A program made the translations under genes and the position numbers. From a virus, in the IMG/VR virus record IMGVR_UViG_3300032116_000025: a stretch of DNA of 64,000 nucleotides, one strand, 5' to 3'. The notes beneath the pieces are model-generated. The model saw nothing but the letters and a program-made list of their open reading frames with translations. It was not told the origin of the DNA and made no database searches. Shown one piece after another: positions 17,680 to 28,559 of this stretch (position 1 is the first letter of the stretch; the number at the start of each line of letters is the position of its first letter).

Positions 17680-18345
17680 TCAGAAACGCCACTCCCAGCG
17701 AACCTCGATCGAGAACACGCCGGTCTTTTGAATTGAGTCAAACGTGTCGTACGCAATCATGTGGCCCGTGGGGCCCGGGTAAGCACCTGCTCCGCCGTTG
17801 GGCAGCGTTGGGTCTGCCGAACTCTTATACAGGCCAATCTCTGAGAGCGGAACAGAGGTAAACCCGCCGAAGTTAATGTCGGTCTCGCTAAACACCGCGA
17901 TAAACTTTGTCCGCGTTACCGCGTCAAACGTTCCGGGCGTAGAGATCTGACGCATCCAAAGCGGCGTGGGTCCGCCATAATCAACTACGGCTGCCGGACG
18001 CTCTAATCGAGCTACCGTGACGTCAGTATCTGTCTGAGCTTGGTGGGGCGCGCCAGCGTACTCGTACCCGCCCGGGTACAGGTTAGCGTACGGAGCTAGG
18101 AAGGCGTTGGGAGAAATCTGCCTAGTTCCTCCAAGACCAAACCCAACGTACCGAACTACGGTGTCTTGCGTCCGCTCGATAAACGCACCCGGACCCAGCA
18201 CCTTTGGCGTGATGACCTCCGCCAGAAACTGACGACCCGTGTTTACTACGATGTTATGCGAGCGGTGGTGTCGCTTACGCTTACCGCGCTCCATAAGGTC
18301 GATCTCTAGGTTAAATCGAACCTCTACGTCTTCGATAAACTTCAT
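17680..18345 (-). CDS. Baseplate / tail-fibre attachment protein
   Basis: HNIVVNTGRQFLAE, LSEIGLY and C-terminal EVRWEWRF, typical of myovirus baseplate-associated proteins. Confidence 0.6.
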   Translation of the reverse strand: MKFIEDVEVRFNLEIDLMERGKRKRHHRSHNIVVNTGRQFLAEVITPKVLGPGAFIERTQDTVVRYVGFGLGGTRQISPNAFLAPYANLYPGGYEYAGAPHQAQTDTDVTVARLERPAAVVDYGGPTPLWMRQISTPGTFDAVTRTKFIAVFSETDINFGGFTSVPLSEIGLYKSSADPTLPNGGAGAYPGPTGHMIAYDTFDSIQKTGVFSIEVRWEWRF

Positions 18346-18352
18346 GCGCTTC

Positions 18353-21300
18353 TCACGGGGGTGGTGGCGGAGGAGGCAGAACGATGCGGCCGTCCTTCGC
18401 GTAGAAACATACCCGGTACGTGCCTGCCGGAAGGCTCATATCATACACTGAAGTAAAAGTTGAGCCTAGTGATCCTACTACGCCCGAAATATCTGTGACC
18501 GTAGTATCCAGCAGCCACAGGCTATCGATGGAGACCGCATTGCTGTACGCGGCTTGGCCCGAGTAGATCCCAAGCGTAGTAAAGAGCGACGGGGTAGTTG
18601 CTGGGTTCACAATTACGGAGCCTAGGGGTTCCCAGACCCTAAAGTCTTGGCTTACCGCTGCGGGAAGCAGTGGCGAGGTGACCGTCATGGTCCCTAGGCC
18701 GTTGTTGACAGCAACGATGTGCCCGACAAAACCTTGGAAATGAACAAGGTCTCCCGAAGAAACCCACACCGGAAGAGACCCGGGGGTGAACGTCAGCGTG
18801 GCCCCGCCCACCGATGTTCCATCAAGGGCACCCAGAAAACTTTGGGTCCCAATAAGCGCCGAGGTTAGTACCAGCTCATTGTTTGCGCTGAGGCTGGCTA
18901 GCGGAAAACCTACAGCTGCGTTGATCGTAGTTACTACCGCCGTGGGGTCCGCAACTGCGCCAAACAAGATAGAGTAAACAACCCCGTCAACAGTTACATC
19001 TAGGGTGTTCCCCAAGAAGTCTGCCGGGTAAGACGCGGTAGTAAGGTCAACGCCTCCCTGAAGTACCGCGGCAGTGTCGACCGTCGTAGTCGACATGCAT
19101 AGCTCTACGATGTCCGTGGGGCAGTCTATTAGCCCGTCGTAGAACGTTGGGCTGGTATCAAACGTTGACCAGATTGTTCCGTCCCCGCGGTAGTCGTCGT
19201 ACATGAACGCCATACCCATGCCGCACGTCGAGTCATAGAGGTGCATATACAGGTAGAGGCTTAGATCATCTACCGGATCAATGTCCTCTTGGTGGTTGCG
19301 GAGACCCACTAACAAGGGATGGGAGTACGTTGGCTTTACGTTTAGTATGAACTGCTGAAGTAAGACGAGGTTTGAAAGGCTTACTAGGTCTAGGTTGAAC
19401 GTGACCAAGAAGTAATGGAACTTCTCTAGCTCCGTAATCAGCCCGCCCTTTACGTAAGGGACGTACCAGTTAGGGGTGTTGTAGAGGTCTACAATATCGA
19501 TCCCAGCCCCGATCGAAGCAAACTGAGAGATGCTGTCTCCCTCGGCCCATGGAAGCCCCGTTTTTGGGTTAACGTCCAGGCCGCTAGTTGCGCTTAGATC
19601 AAGCGGATCTTTTTTGTAGAAGTAGCTACGAACAATCTCCGACTGAGTCGGTGTGTTGCCGTCTTGGTCGCGGATTAGGATGCGGCCCTGCGTAGGGCTG
19701 TAGTCCGTACGAAGCTCCTCAACAACACCCGCTACTTCAGCAAACGGTTGACCAAAAAGGATCTGCGCGCCCACTTCTACAGCGGCTACGCTTGGTCCAC
19801 GTTGCTGAGAGTACAGAAGACCCGCGACTCCAGCCGTGTAGTTAAAGTCGGCTGGAAGAAGAGAGGCGTCGTCTTTTAAGAAGCCTACAAGCCGGCCAAA
19901 TAGGTTTTCTACGTTTGGCTCGTTGCTCAACAGGGTCAACTCGGCCCAAAGAATGTCTGGAGGCTCGGAATCCGTGTCGATAAACACGGAATCCCGAAAC
20001 TGGAGCATAGGCACAGCAGCCGCGCCTACATCTCGGTAGAACGGCTCAATGATGTAGTCGATGTTCTCCCGCCATACCGCAGGGGACTTGGCTACCGGGA
20101 TCACATCCTGTAGCTGCGGGATGTGAACGACATTCTCGTCAATTGGGATAGCTTTGCGGCGCTTTACGCCAAGAACACGAAGCTCGTACCGCGTTGCGTT
20201 CATAAACGCGGGGAAAGCACCGTCGAGGTTAACAGCTAGACGCTTAGACTTCTGAGCAACTACCCGGCTAGATACGTTTGTGACTGAATCGTCATCCGTG
20301 TCGTAAATCTCTGACTTTACAAGATCGCCCGGGTATGTACCCGCAAGCTCGTAGTCTACTTCGTTGCTAGTAATCGTAGACGGGATCGTCCAGCTCTCTG
20401 AGGCGTCTAGCGGCAGATCCTCAAAAAGAAGTACGCGCTGGTTTGGAAGAGGGTCAAGCCCGTAACTGGTAACTCGGTCTACCCGTAGGCTTTGGCCGTT
20501 GTTGATAACGAGCAGATCGTTTCTCGCGACGTCAAACTCCAGCAGGTCTACCCCGTCACCCACAAAATAGGTTCTGTCGGTGATTCGAGATCCGTTAGCC
20601 CCAGCTAGGTAGTTGAATACGTCGGTTTCAAACCCAAGGGAGGCCGTTGAGGTTGCAGAGATCCTAAACGCGCGCTTGCCCTTAAGACCAACCCGAGGGT
20701 GTCTCCAGATCCTAAACTGACCAGAATACGGAGTGATGATGCTGGGCGACACCGTCATGCTGCCGCCAGGATTGTTGACGGATACGATACGGTACCGAGT
20801 AGCGCTGATAATCAGCGTGTCCCCAGCGGAAACCCAAGATGGTAGGGACGCCGGTGTGAACGTAAACGTAGTCCCAGCGCCAGATCCACCAGTATCGTCA
20901 AAGCGGTAGTTTGGGTTGTCCTGCCTAATGGCAAACGAGTAGGCAGTAATGCCCAGCCCCGATAGAGCAGCGTTTAGATCTGCCAAAATTTGAGGCTGAG
21001 TATTCCCGGTAAAGGTCACAGTAACCGAGGCGATCTCGGTCGGAGACTGTCCTGTGTAATACTCGACCACTAGGGTAAGCCCAGCCGCCGCGGGGTTTGC
21101 TACCTCAAACGCGTGCGAGGCAAGAAGGGCCCCGTGCCTCACACGGATGCTTACGTCTTCCGGCGCTGTTTCCGTAACTAGCGTCCGGTAGGGCAGCCAC
21201 TTCTTTTGAAAGACGCGTTGAGCGTCTTTAATGCTGTAGTTGTAGTGGTACTGCCACGTCTCTAACAAACGCCCAGCAATAAGCTGCGCAGTGCCGCGCC

Positions 21301-22567
21301 AGGCTTCCTCAAAAACTTCTCGCCCCTCAATGTACTGCCACTCGTCGCCTAGCGCCTTCCAGATAGGCCTAACGTCTGGTTCTACTCCGAATGGTGCGCG
21401 GGCCCCTACGTAGTTTGCTAGTACTTCGGCTTCCTCAGAAGAAACCTCGCCGTCGTTCACGGTGAGACGTGCACGGAAGATGCCCTGAACGTCTCCAACT
21501 AAGTAGGGTGTTTCTGTCTGCGCCCCCACGATAACGGACTGTCGAATGATCCGAAACGGTGTGTCTGACAGATTATCCGGAATCGTGTCTGTAGTTACCG
21601 TAAGAGTGCCGAGCCCGTTATTTACTGTGTCAATAACGTGGACGAAGTCTGCAATTCGAAGCACGTCCCCGGGGGCTACCCAGCTAGGTAGCGACGTGGG
21701 GGTAAACGACAGTACCGTGGTGAACCCGTCGGCGTCACCATCATCGGTTGAAGATCCCGAGCTGTTCTCATGCGCGTATGCGCTCCCAAACGGAGCGTCA
21801 ATGACACGCCACTGGTAAGAAAGCGGGGCGCCCTCTACGTCGTAACTAGCGCGGCCATCAAACCGGACTGCCTGGCCAACAGGAGACACACGGTCTGGCC
21901 CAGCGTTGGCAATAGGCGGAAAGTTGGGGATCACTAAGTCCCCGGCCACCCTTAACGCCTTGATCTCTACCGTGCTCGGCTGCGTGGCTAGGCCTTTACA
22001 AAAAACTCGAAAGGTATCGCCAACGGTAGACGGCTCAACTGGAACGATGTACTGAAGAGCCAGCCCAGCAGTCTCAGAGTTTGAGATAAAGACGTACGCA
22101 CGACCAAGGCCGCTATCTACGGCAACCCGAATTGTGCGGAACTCTGTCTTGATCTCCTCTGTGGTATCCGTGGTGTCCGGGAGCGCAGATACGCTTCCAA
22201 AATCATCTACGCGGCTTACGGCTACGCCGCTGGTTGAGAAGTAGACCGAGATACCCCTGCCAGCATCGTCAGCTAACGTTAGCCCTACCCGCCGAGCGGT
22301 TAGGTCGCCCACGTTGTTGGGCATGAAAGGGAACCGCGCGGTAACCTCTACCGTAAACCTAGCCGGAATGCCGACGTTAAAATCTAGAGAAGCCTCAGTC
22401 CCGTTCCGGGAGTCTACCGTCAGCACCGAGTAGTCGGCGTTATACGTGAAATGCGGAAGTACACTGGGGAGGATTGTCAGGTCGGCAGGACCCAACGACA
22501 GCAACCCGCCGAGCGTAAGCGCGTCGAAATCCGCGATGTTCCACGTAGCTGTGGTAGGAATAGCCAT
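18353..22567 (-). CDS. Large baseplate wedge-like protein with PKD-like domain and internal repeats
   Basis: 1404 aa; PPIANAGPD...FDGRASYDVEG.PLSYQW; VKPTYSH segment; lies downstream of baseplate J. Confidence 0.6.
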   Translation of the reverse strand: MAIPTTATWNIADFDALTLGGLLSLGPADLTILPSVLPHFTYNADYSVLTVDSRNGTEASLDFNVGIPARFTVEVTARFPFMPNNVGDLTARRVGLTLADDAGRGISVYFSTSGVAVSRVDDFGSVSALPDTTDTTEEIKTEFRTIRVAVDSGLGRAYVFISNSETAGLALQYIVPVEPSTVGDTFRVFCKGLATQPSTVEIKALRVAGDLVIPNFPPIANAGPDRVSPVGQAVRFDGRASYDVEGAPLSYQWRVIDAPFGSAYAHENSSGSSTDDGDADGFTTVLSFTPTSLPSWVAPGDVLRIADFVHVIDTVNNGLGTLTVTTDTIPDNLSDTPFRIIRQSVIVGAQTETPYLVGDVQGIFRARLTVNDGEVSSEEAEVLANYVGARAPFGVEPDVRPIWKALGDEWQYIEGREVFEEAWRGTAQLIAGRLLETWQYHYNYSIKDAQRVFQKKWLPYRTLVTETAPEDVSIRVRHGALLASHAFEVANPAAAGLTLVVEYYTGQSPTEIASVTVTFTGNTQPQILADLNAALSGLGITAYSFAIRQDNPNYRFDDTGGSGAGTTFTFTPASLPSWVSAGDTLIISATRYRIVSVNNPGGSMTVSPSIITPYSGQFRIWRHPRVGLKGKRAFRISATSTASLGFETDVFNYLAGANGSRITDRTYFVGDGVDLLEFDVARNDLLVINNGQSLRVDRVTSYGLDPLPNQRVLLFEDLPLDASESWTIPSTITSNEVDYELAGTYPGDLVKSEIYDTDDDSVTNVSSRVVAQKSKRLAVNLDGAFPAFMNATRYELRVLGVKRRKAIPIDENVVHIPQLQDVIPVAKSPAVWRENIDYIIEPFYRDVGAAAVPMLQFRDSVFIDTDSEPPDILWAELTLLSNEPNVENLFGRLVGFLKDDASLLPADFNYTAGVAGLLYSQQRGPSVAAVEVGAQILFGQPFAEVAGVVEELRTDYSPTQGRILIRDQDGNTPTQSEIVRSYFYKKDPLDLSATSGLDVNPKTGLPWAEGDSISQFASIGAGIDIVDLYNTPNWYVPYVKGGLITELEKFHYFLVTFNLDLVSLSNLVLLQQFILNVKPTYSHPLLVGLRNHQEDIDPVDDLSLYLYMHLYDSTCGMGMAFMYDDYRGDGTIWSTFDTSPTFYDGLIDCPTDIVELCMSTTTVDTAAVLQGGVDLTTASYPADFLGNTLDVTVDGVVYSILFGAVADPTAVVTTINAAVGFPLASLSANNELVLTSALIGTQSFLGALDGTSVGGATLTFTPGSLPVWVSSGDLVHFQGFVGHIVAVNNGLGTMTVTSPLLPAAVSQDFRVWEPLGSVIVNPATTPSLFTTLGIYSGQAAYSNAVSIDSLWLLDTTVTDISGVVGSLGSTFTSVYDMSLPAGTYRVCFYAKDGRIVLPPPPPPP

Positions 22568-22589
22568 AAGCCGGTGCTAGGATACGCGG

Positions 22590-22907
22590 ATGGCCGTGTT
22601 TAGACCACTACCGGTTGGTTTGGCAAGGAAACTGATCGAGGGCATCCAAGATGAGTTGACGCCGCTGGCTGAAAGCCGGGCGGGAATGATTAAGTCTCGT
22701 CCATGCCCCAGGTGCAAAAACGCGATGCACCCGTTTCTAAACAGCCAGCACGCGTTCTCTCCAAACGATCCCCTTCCGCGCTTGCACGCAAGGTGCACGG
22801 AGTGCGGGCTAGAGTGGGACCCGGTGTCTAACCTCATCTTAAACACCGGGGACCCGTCAAAGGTTACCGATCCGGTGCCCATTATCAGGCCGCGTGACCC
22901 AGCATAG
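22590..22907 (+). CDS. Small zinc-ribbon protein, antisense to the structural operon
   Basis: CPRC...CTEC; extended -10 TGCTAGGAT 6 nt before the ATG. Confidence 0.65.
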   Translation: MAVFRPLPVGLARKLIEGIQDELTPLAESRAGMIKSRPCPRCKNAMHPFLNSQHAFSPNDPLPRLHARCTECGLEWDPVSNLILNTGDPSKVTDPVPIIRPRDPA

Positions 22908-23532
22908 ATGCGGTTGCGATGTCACCGAGAATCCCAGCGGGAACGGTTGCGTAAGTGCCAAACGCTTTTAGCAGCCGGCTCTTAGCCGCAGAGACCTCGC
23001 TCTCAGTAGCCCCGGCCGCCCTAAGTTTGTTAATTGCCTTTGCGGAAGCCCACCCCTCAGCGCCCAAGATTGGCGTAGTAGAGGCCAGGGCAATTACGGC
23101 CCCGATGGTTCTGTGAGACGGTGATGATCCCATCATTCCTAAGACCGTCCCGCCTACCGCTCCGACGGTAGCAACGCCCCGAAGACCCGAACTTTGCAGC
23201 AACTTACCAAACCCACTGCGGTCAATCTCCGCGTGGCCTAGCTCATGGGCTAGGATCCCAGGGTCCTCCAAGGATCGAACCGACACGTAGGGCTTGCCCC
23301 CGGTGTTACTGTAGTAAGGGCCTTCTCCGCTACCTTCATGCTGGTATCGAACCTCTACGGCTTCTCCCTTAAGCAGCGCCTTACGCAACTCAGCGCGCCG
23401 CGCGTTGTCGGGATCAAGTCGCAGAACCCCAGGGGTCATTGCCTTTCGAAGCAGCTGTGAGGCTAGCGTTCCAAGGACAGACTCCTTGGACATCTCGTCA
23501 GAAAACGAGCTTAGTGCTCGGCTGGAGATCAT
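22885..23532 (-). CDS. Membrane-associated zinc metallopeptidase-like protein with FSDEMSKES leader
   Basis: ILAHELGH, two hydrophobic helices, then AEGWAS (third zinc ligand Glu). Confidence 0.7.
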   Translation of the reverse strand: MISSRALSSFSDEMSKESVLGTLASQLLRKAMTPGVLRLDPDNARRAELRKALLKGEAVEVRYQHEGSGEGPYYSNTGGKPYVSVRSLEDPGILAHELGHAEIDRSGFGKLLQSSGLRGVATVGAVGGTVLGMMGSSPSHRTIGAVIALASTTPILGAEGWASAKAINKLRAAGATESEVSAAKSRLLKAFGTYATVPAGILGDIATASMLGHAA

Positions 23533-26500
23533 CGGATACCCCCGGTTGATACGCGACGAACTGTAATACTGTCTGGAATGAACCGCTGCGTCCGCACGCT
23601 GTCTACGAAGTCTCGGACAACAAGGCCTCGGATTGTGCGGTCCTTGGCGTGATAAACGACGAGAAACAGCGGGGCGGTTCTTCCGGTAGAGCTGTTAGAG
23701 TCCGGAGTGTACACAGACTGGGCGCCGCGCCTTCTTAGGACGTTTACGAGATCTGACACCTCAAGCTGCTCGCCGGGCTCAACTGTGTCCAGAAGATCGT
23801 TCAGCGCCCGCACCGTCTCTGCTTCAGACGCTCCCGCTACGTAGGCCCAGTTTAGAGACACGTAATGTGGCAGGAGGTGCTTTACTAGGATCTCCTCTAC
23901 AACGACCCGTTGGTAGTCGGAGTCGCAGAAGCTTTGAATATCATCTGCGATCTGGCTTCTTTCGTAAGAAACCTGAACGCTCTGCTGGGAAAGCTGAACG
24001 TACTCTTCTGGGCTATCCGGGCTTCCCACTAGGATGATGGACGGGCTGATTTGTGCCCTAAGGATCTCCGCGCGACTGTACGCGGTAGACAGGTTCTCCG
24101 TCATCAGACGGTAACCGTCTGCGTAATGGCCGCTGATGGCCATTTGAACCCCGGACCCAATGTTGTTTACATCACCCGGAGCCGTAGATACCATCTGGAT
24201 TTCGGCGTAGTAGAGGCCCGAGGCGTCGAGGTTATTGTTCATCTCCGTTGACGAGATGCGCTGCACATACCGTTTTACACGGTAGTGGGTGTCAGACACC
24301 GACGCTGTCGATAGCACATTACCCGGCGAGCCTGACAGCTGTAGAACCGTTGGGGAAACTACGCTGCGAACGATGTACTCGCCCGCGTCAGGGTGATCCG
24401 TGTCCGTAAACGCCCCCGCTAGGTAAAGCGGGTTAGATGGGTCCGTAATACAGCTGCTTGTGGGATCAATCTCTATGCGCCTTGGGCCCTTGAGGACTAG
24501 GTTTCCTGCGCTGCTCAAAGATGCGATGTCAGTCCCTACGCGCTCGTTGATATAGTCGACCGCGTCCTGCCGCGCTAGCGGCGTTGGGAAAGACACAGTG
24601 ATGTAGGGGTCGTTGTCTAGTCGCAGTTTAAGCTCATTGTTTAGAGCGGTAAAAGCGATAGAGGCTGGAGTTGGCAGCGGGCTTGTACCAACAATTGGAC
24701 GGTAAAGAACTTCTAAAACGTCCCCAGCTTGAACCCTCAGCAGCAGAAAGTTCTGACTAGAGTCTGTTAGCGTTTGTCCAACGGACGCGGTCACCCCGGC
24801 ATCCGGCAGCGTAGTGCGCGGAGGCGCTGGGATGAGAATCCTCTGGTTCTCCGGATCTGGCCGGTAGGACGCCTCTCCAGAGGGAAGAGACGCTGAAAAC
24901 AGAGTGTCAGAGTAGTAGAACTCGGCAGACGTAGGCGCCAAGAAGAACACACGGGACGAGCCTACCGAGGGGCGTCCTACTCGGGCTGAGGCGCCAACGT
25001 CAGGGCGAAGCACCAAGTTGTCGTAAAGCGCCGAAGTCCCGTCTGGTCCTAGCGGGCCCTGCCCAACCTTGGCAATGTCTGATGGGAGAGACGGGTCTGT
25101 AATTACTCGGCCACGTGTTCCGGCGTTATTTCCACTAGTAAACTCAAGAAGGTCTGTCCGACGAACGTTGTTCATCGTCAGCTTGTTTGTAGGATCAAAC
25201 CCCCGAATCTGGGCGTTTGTTTCCCCTACTGCAATACCTAGCGGGGCCAGCGCTGTACCGGCAGTCGTAGTAATGAGGCGATCAGCAACAACTCCTACGT
25301 AGTCCCGGCCGCCGTAAGAAAGGGCTACGGCCCGGACGTTTGCAGCTACAAACGTGAGGTTAGTCGTGATCTGTGAAGCAACTTGAGCTGCGGTCAAAGG
25401 TCCGGCAGTAAATGTAACCGAGGCTGTTGTGATAACCGGCTCCCAGGCTCTAGCCGCGTCACGAACCTCGACGTTAAGCGTCGTTGCGCCAACACCGGGA
25501 ATGGCGCTTCCGCTAGTAACCCCGGTAGTGGACACCAAGCCGGCGTAGACCAGCCCCTCAAAAGCTACTCCGCCGCCCTCGTTTTGGAACGCGTTGCTGA
25601 CTACTAGTACAGGATCGCGGTAAGGAATTGCGGTTCCCGTAGGCGCTCCTGCGCTGTCTAGCAGCTCTAAGCCGCTGACGCGGACTACCGGCGGGTTGAT
25701 GGCTTGATACCGGCGGAAGACACGGTAAGCCGCGTTCACGATAGTGCGCGGCAACACCGGAGTTACCTTAAGGGATACTACTCCAACCTCTGTAACCGTA
25801 AACTCTCCGCCGCCAACTTCATCAAACACCTCAAGGGTGTCTCCGATGGCTACGGTTGCGTCTACAAAGTTGGTTGCAGAGCTGGTAGTAACCGTATCAC
25901 TACCGGCAGCCGTAAGAAGATCGGGGCCATCGACTTTTAGAACTTTGGGGTCGGTAAGTTCTACGTCGATCTCGTCTACGATTCGGTACGCCAAGTTAGA
26001 CTGCGTACCAGTCATCGCGGTGTCTAGCGTTAGAGAAAACGTTGGTGCAACCCCAGAAACCAAAATGATAAGGTAGCTGCCCGCGTCTACTCCCTCTTCT
26101 AGCACAAGGCTCATGCCCGGTGCGATGGGAAGAACTGGATTAGCGTCTGCAACAGTAACGACGTCGGTGCCTGCCGTAGAGGCCAAGAACCCTCGAACAA
26201 CCGGGCCCTCGTCACTTAGGACGTCAATCTTTGCAGTTCCGTCTTCGACTTCTCCAGCAACGTAAACGTCCGTCTTTCCACCAATGTGGACTTCGTCCTT
26301 TTTGATCTCTAGCTCGCCGTCAGCGTTATCTGGAAGTGTGATACCACCGGGAATGTTAGAGACTTCAATCTTTCGCTCACGCAGCATCCACGCGTAAAAC
26401 GTAACGCCGCTTAGCGGAATCTCTTGGTCTGTGCGAATCTGTGTGTTCGAGATCACCTGGACAACGCGGGCGTCTACACAGCGAAGCGTCCCGTCGTCGT

Positions 26501-27530
26501 ACACTAGTGTGATGAACCAGCCTTGCGGAGAAGACCCGGCTGGTCCAAGGCGCGTAACAAAGTTCCCTGATGCAGCACTGATAATCGGAGACGTAAGGTC
26601 GCTGTCTAGGTCATCCACAACGGACGCTGATCCAAAGTAGCTTCCTAGGGGATCGTCGTCTGGGATAGGGCCTAACCCACCTCCGGTGACTACGTCGCGA
26701 TCCATCTCTGGATCACGGAACCCAACTACAAACAGCCGTCGTAGCGCAGGGAAGTTCTCAAACAGCGTGGCGCTGATGCCGCGCTCAACGGTCAGAGTCT
26801 TATCGCTGATTGCCCGCTGCACACGCGCGGCAAAGTCCGTGTTTCCTTCCCTAGCCGAGCCTCCCCGAAATCGACGAAGGTTCTTTACGCGGGTTGCCGT
26901 GGGAAGATTTGCAATAGATACAATCTCACCGGGCTCTACGTTGTACTCATCCCCACGGTTTTCCGCAGTAAAGTTGATATCAAAGTAGTACTCAGTGCCC
27001 TCTTGGTTGAGTTGCATCTGATCCGCAGTGATGGACTGCGGGCGGGTAGAGAAGAACCTGCGGCCATCCCGTGTAGTGGCCGGAGACGTAGATGTTACGC
27101 TTACCGTCTGCGGGGTAGCAAAGTAGGCGCGCACCACCCCAATCGCAAACCCGCCCGCCCGTCGACTCTCGAAGAAGTTGCCTAAAAGCGAATCGACTTC
27201 GTCATCGCTAAGGCTCTCGATGTTTCTTAGGCTTGCGCGGAGTTTTACTAGCTTAACTTCGCGTACGATTGGCTCAAGCAGCACCCGAAGCGGGTCGATG
27301 ACCGTGTCGGTAAGATCGTCTGCCTCGGTGATTGCCAGCGTTGGAAACATCTGGCGGATACGCTCTCGAACGAACGTATCAAGATCCTCATCAAACGGAT
27401 CAATACCTACGCGCTCTAGAATGGGCTCAATCAGGTCCGTCTGAGCCCGAGATCCCTCCGTTACGTCCGTATCCGGATCATACCGACGTACGAGGTCTTC
27501 TAGGAACTGCCTGGTCTCGGAAAGCGACAT
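23529..27530 (-). CDS. Baseplate J-like (T4 gp6-like) wedge protein with inserted domains
   Basis: FTAENRGDEYNV..GEI, RGGSAREGNTDFAARV, IGGKTDVYV. Confidence 0.8.
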   Translation of the reverse strand: MSLSETRQFLEDLVRRYDPDTDVTEGSRAQTDLIEPILERVGIDPFDEDLDTFVRERIRQMFPTLAITEADDLTDTVIDPLRVLLEPIVREVKLVKLRASLRNIESLSDDEVDSLLGNFFESRRAGGFAIGVVRAYFATPQTVSVTSTSPATTRDGRRFFSTRPQSITADQMQLNQEGTEYYFDINFTAENRGDEYNVEPGEIVSIANLPTATRVKNLRRFRGGSAREGNTDFAARVQRAISDKTLTVERGISATLFENFPALRRLFVVGFRDPEMDRDVVTGGGLGPIPDDDPLGSYFGSASVVDDLDSDLTSPIISAASGNFVTRLGPAGSSPQGWFITLVYDDGTLRCVDARVVQVISNTQIRTDQEIPLSGVTFYAWMLRERKIEVSNIPGGITLPDNADGELEIKKDEVHIGGKTDVYVAGEVEDGTAKIDVLSDEGPVVRGFLASTAGTDVVTVADANPVLPIAPGMSLVLEEGVDAGSYLIILVSGVAPTFSLTLDTAMTGTQSNLAYRIVDEIDVELTDPKVLKVDGPDLLTAAGSDTVTTSSATNFVDATVAIGDTLEVFDEVGGGEFTVTEVGVVSLKVTPVLPRTIVNAAYRVFRRYQAINPPVVRVSGLELLDSAGAPTGTAIPYRDPVLVVSNAFQNEGGGVAFEGLVYAGLVSTTGVTSGSAIPGVGATTLNVEVRDAARAWEPVITTASVTFTAGPLTAAQVASQITTNLTFVAANVRAVALSYGGRDYVGVVADRLITTTAGTALAPLGIAVGETNAQIRGFDPTNKLTMNNVRRTDLLEFTSGNNAGTRGRVITDPSLPSDIAKVGQGPLGPDGTSALYDNLVLRPDVGASARVGRPSVGSSRVFFLAPTSAEFYYSDTLFSASLPSGEASYRPDPENQRILIPAPPRTTLPDAGVTASVGQTLTDSSQNFLLLRVQAGDVLEVLYRPIVGTSPLPTPASIAFTALNNELKLRLDNDPYITVSFPTPLARQDAVDYINERVGTDIASLSSAGNLVLKGPRRIEIDPTSSCITDPSNPLYLAGAFTDTDHPDAGEYIVRSVVSPTVLQLSGSPGNVLSTASVSDTHYRVKRYVQRISSTEMNNNLDASGLYYAEIQMVSTAPGDVNNIGSGVQMAISGHYADGYRLMTENLSTAYSRAEILRAQISPSIILVGSPDSPEEYVQLSQQSVQVSYERSQIADDIQSFCDSDYQRVVVEEILVKHLLPHYVSLNWAYVAGASEAETVRALNDLLDTVEPGEQLEVSDLVNVLRRRGAQSVYTPDSNSSTGRTAPLFLVVYHAKDRTIRGLVVRDFVDSVRTQRFIPDSITVRRVSTGGIR

Positions 27531-27544
27531 GACGGCCTATCCTA

Positions 27545-28186
27545 TTACACGGTCAGGGTCGCCGCAGCGCTTTGACCCGAATGGTTGGTAAGAACAATCG
27601 TTACGGATACCGCGGTGTCCTTACGGCTTGCGCTCACCTTGGCTACGGTAGCCGATAGCAGGCGCTCGGCGGGAGGAATATTACGCTCGGCGGTTTGCAC
27701 GCCAATGAGATACTGCTGCGTACTGTTTACAGCGATCACAATATCAGCAGATGCACCTTCACTAATGTTAGACCCTACCCGGCGAATGAGGCCGCCGCCG
27801 GATCGTTTGTGGAAGATGTTGCTCCCAGGGGTCCTAAGCAAAAGGCGAAGAAACGTCTGAATTAGACGAACTACTCCAGCTACTTTCTTAGGTCGAGTCC
27901 CAAAGGTAAACTGGACCAAGCTCCTGTCGGTTAGCGTAAGACCAGACGATAAGACGGACACGGACGTAATGAAGCTGTCTACGTACTGGTCTGGAACCTG
28001 CGCGATAAGCTCGGTCTGAGAATAGGCTACAAAGTCAGGAGAAGGTGCTCCGTTGATGAGCACAACTTCTACGTTTCGAAAGTCTTTGCCCGTGATGATC
28101 AACGACCTTGGACTTACGCCAACGGCTGACCGGACGGTGTTTACATTCAGTACGTCGAGCAGCCGAACAAGCTGAATGCCAAACAT
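27545..28186 (-). CDS. gp25-like baseplate wedge protein with N-terminal IPT/TIG-like domain
   Basis: LIITGKDF...ELIAQVP; LIQTFLRLLLRTPGS..F...GGG; directly upstream of baseplate J. Confidence 0.65.
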   Translation of the reverse strand: MFGIQLVRLLDVLNVNTVRSAVGVSPRSLIITGKDFRNVEVVLINGAPSPDFVAYSQTELIAQVPDQYVDSFITSVSVLSSGLTLTDRSLVQFTFGTRPKKVAGVVRLIQTFLRLLLRTPGSNIFHKRSGGGLIRRVGSNISEGASADIVIAVNSTQQYLIGVQTAERNIPPAERLLSATVAKVSASRKDTAVSVTIVLTNHSGQSAAATLTV

Positions 28187-28539
28187 CAGACGGCTCCGGT
28201 AGTCGGGTCAGGCTCCGCGTCCGGGTTTTCTGGCGTGTTGGCGTCAGATTCGGGGTCACGACGGCGGAAGCGTTCGGGGGGCGTATTTTTGATTGCTTCT
28301 AGGCTGTTGACAAGGTCGTCGTAGACCTTCTGCACCCTAGACTTCCTGCTCTTCCTAAGAGGATCGCTTGTGCCATCTAGTAGCTCAATGTGCTGGTCAA
28401 TAAGCTCTTCTAAGCTCAATGAGGCGTAGGAATCCCGAATCGACTGGCTGCGGATCTCCGCGACTGCCGCCGAGACGACCCGACGAAACGTCCGAATTTG
28501 GTCCCTAGAGACTTCGGATTCTGTACGCTCTTCCGCCAC
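28186..28539 (-). CDS. Hypothetical protein
   Basis: 117 aa ORF with a leaderless-type start. Confidence 0.65.
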   Translation of the reverse strand: MAEERTESEVSRDQIRTFRRVVSAAVAEIRSQSIRDSYASLSLEELIDQHIELLDGTSDPLRKSRKSRVQKVYDDLVNSLEAIKNTPPERFRRRDPESDANTPENPDAEPDPTTGAV

Positions 28540-28559
28540 GGGAGGACTGTACCATGAAG

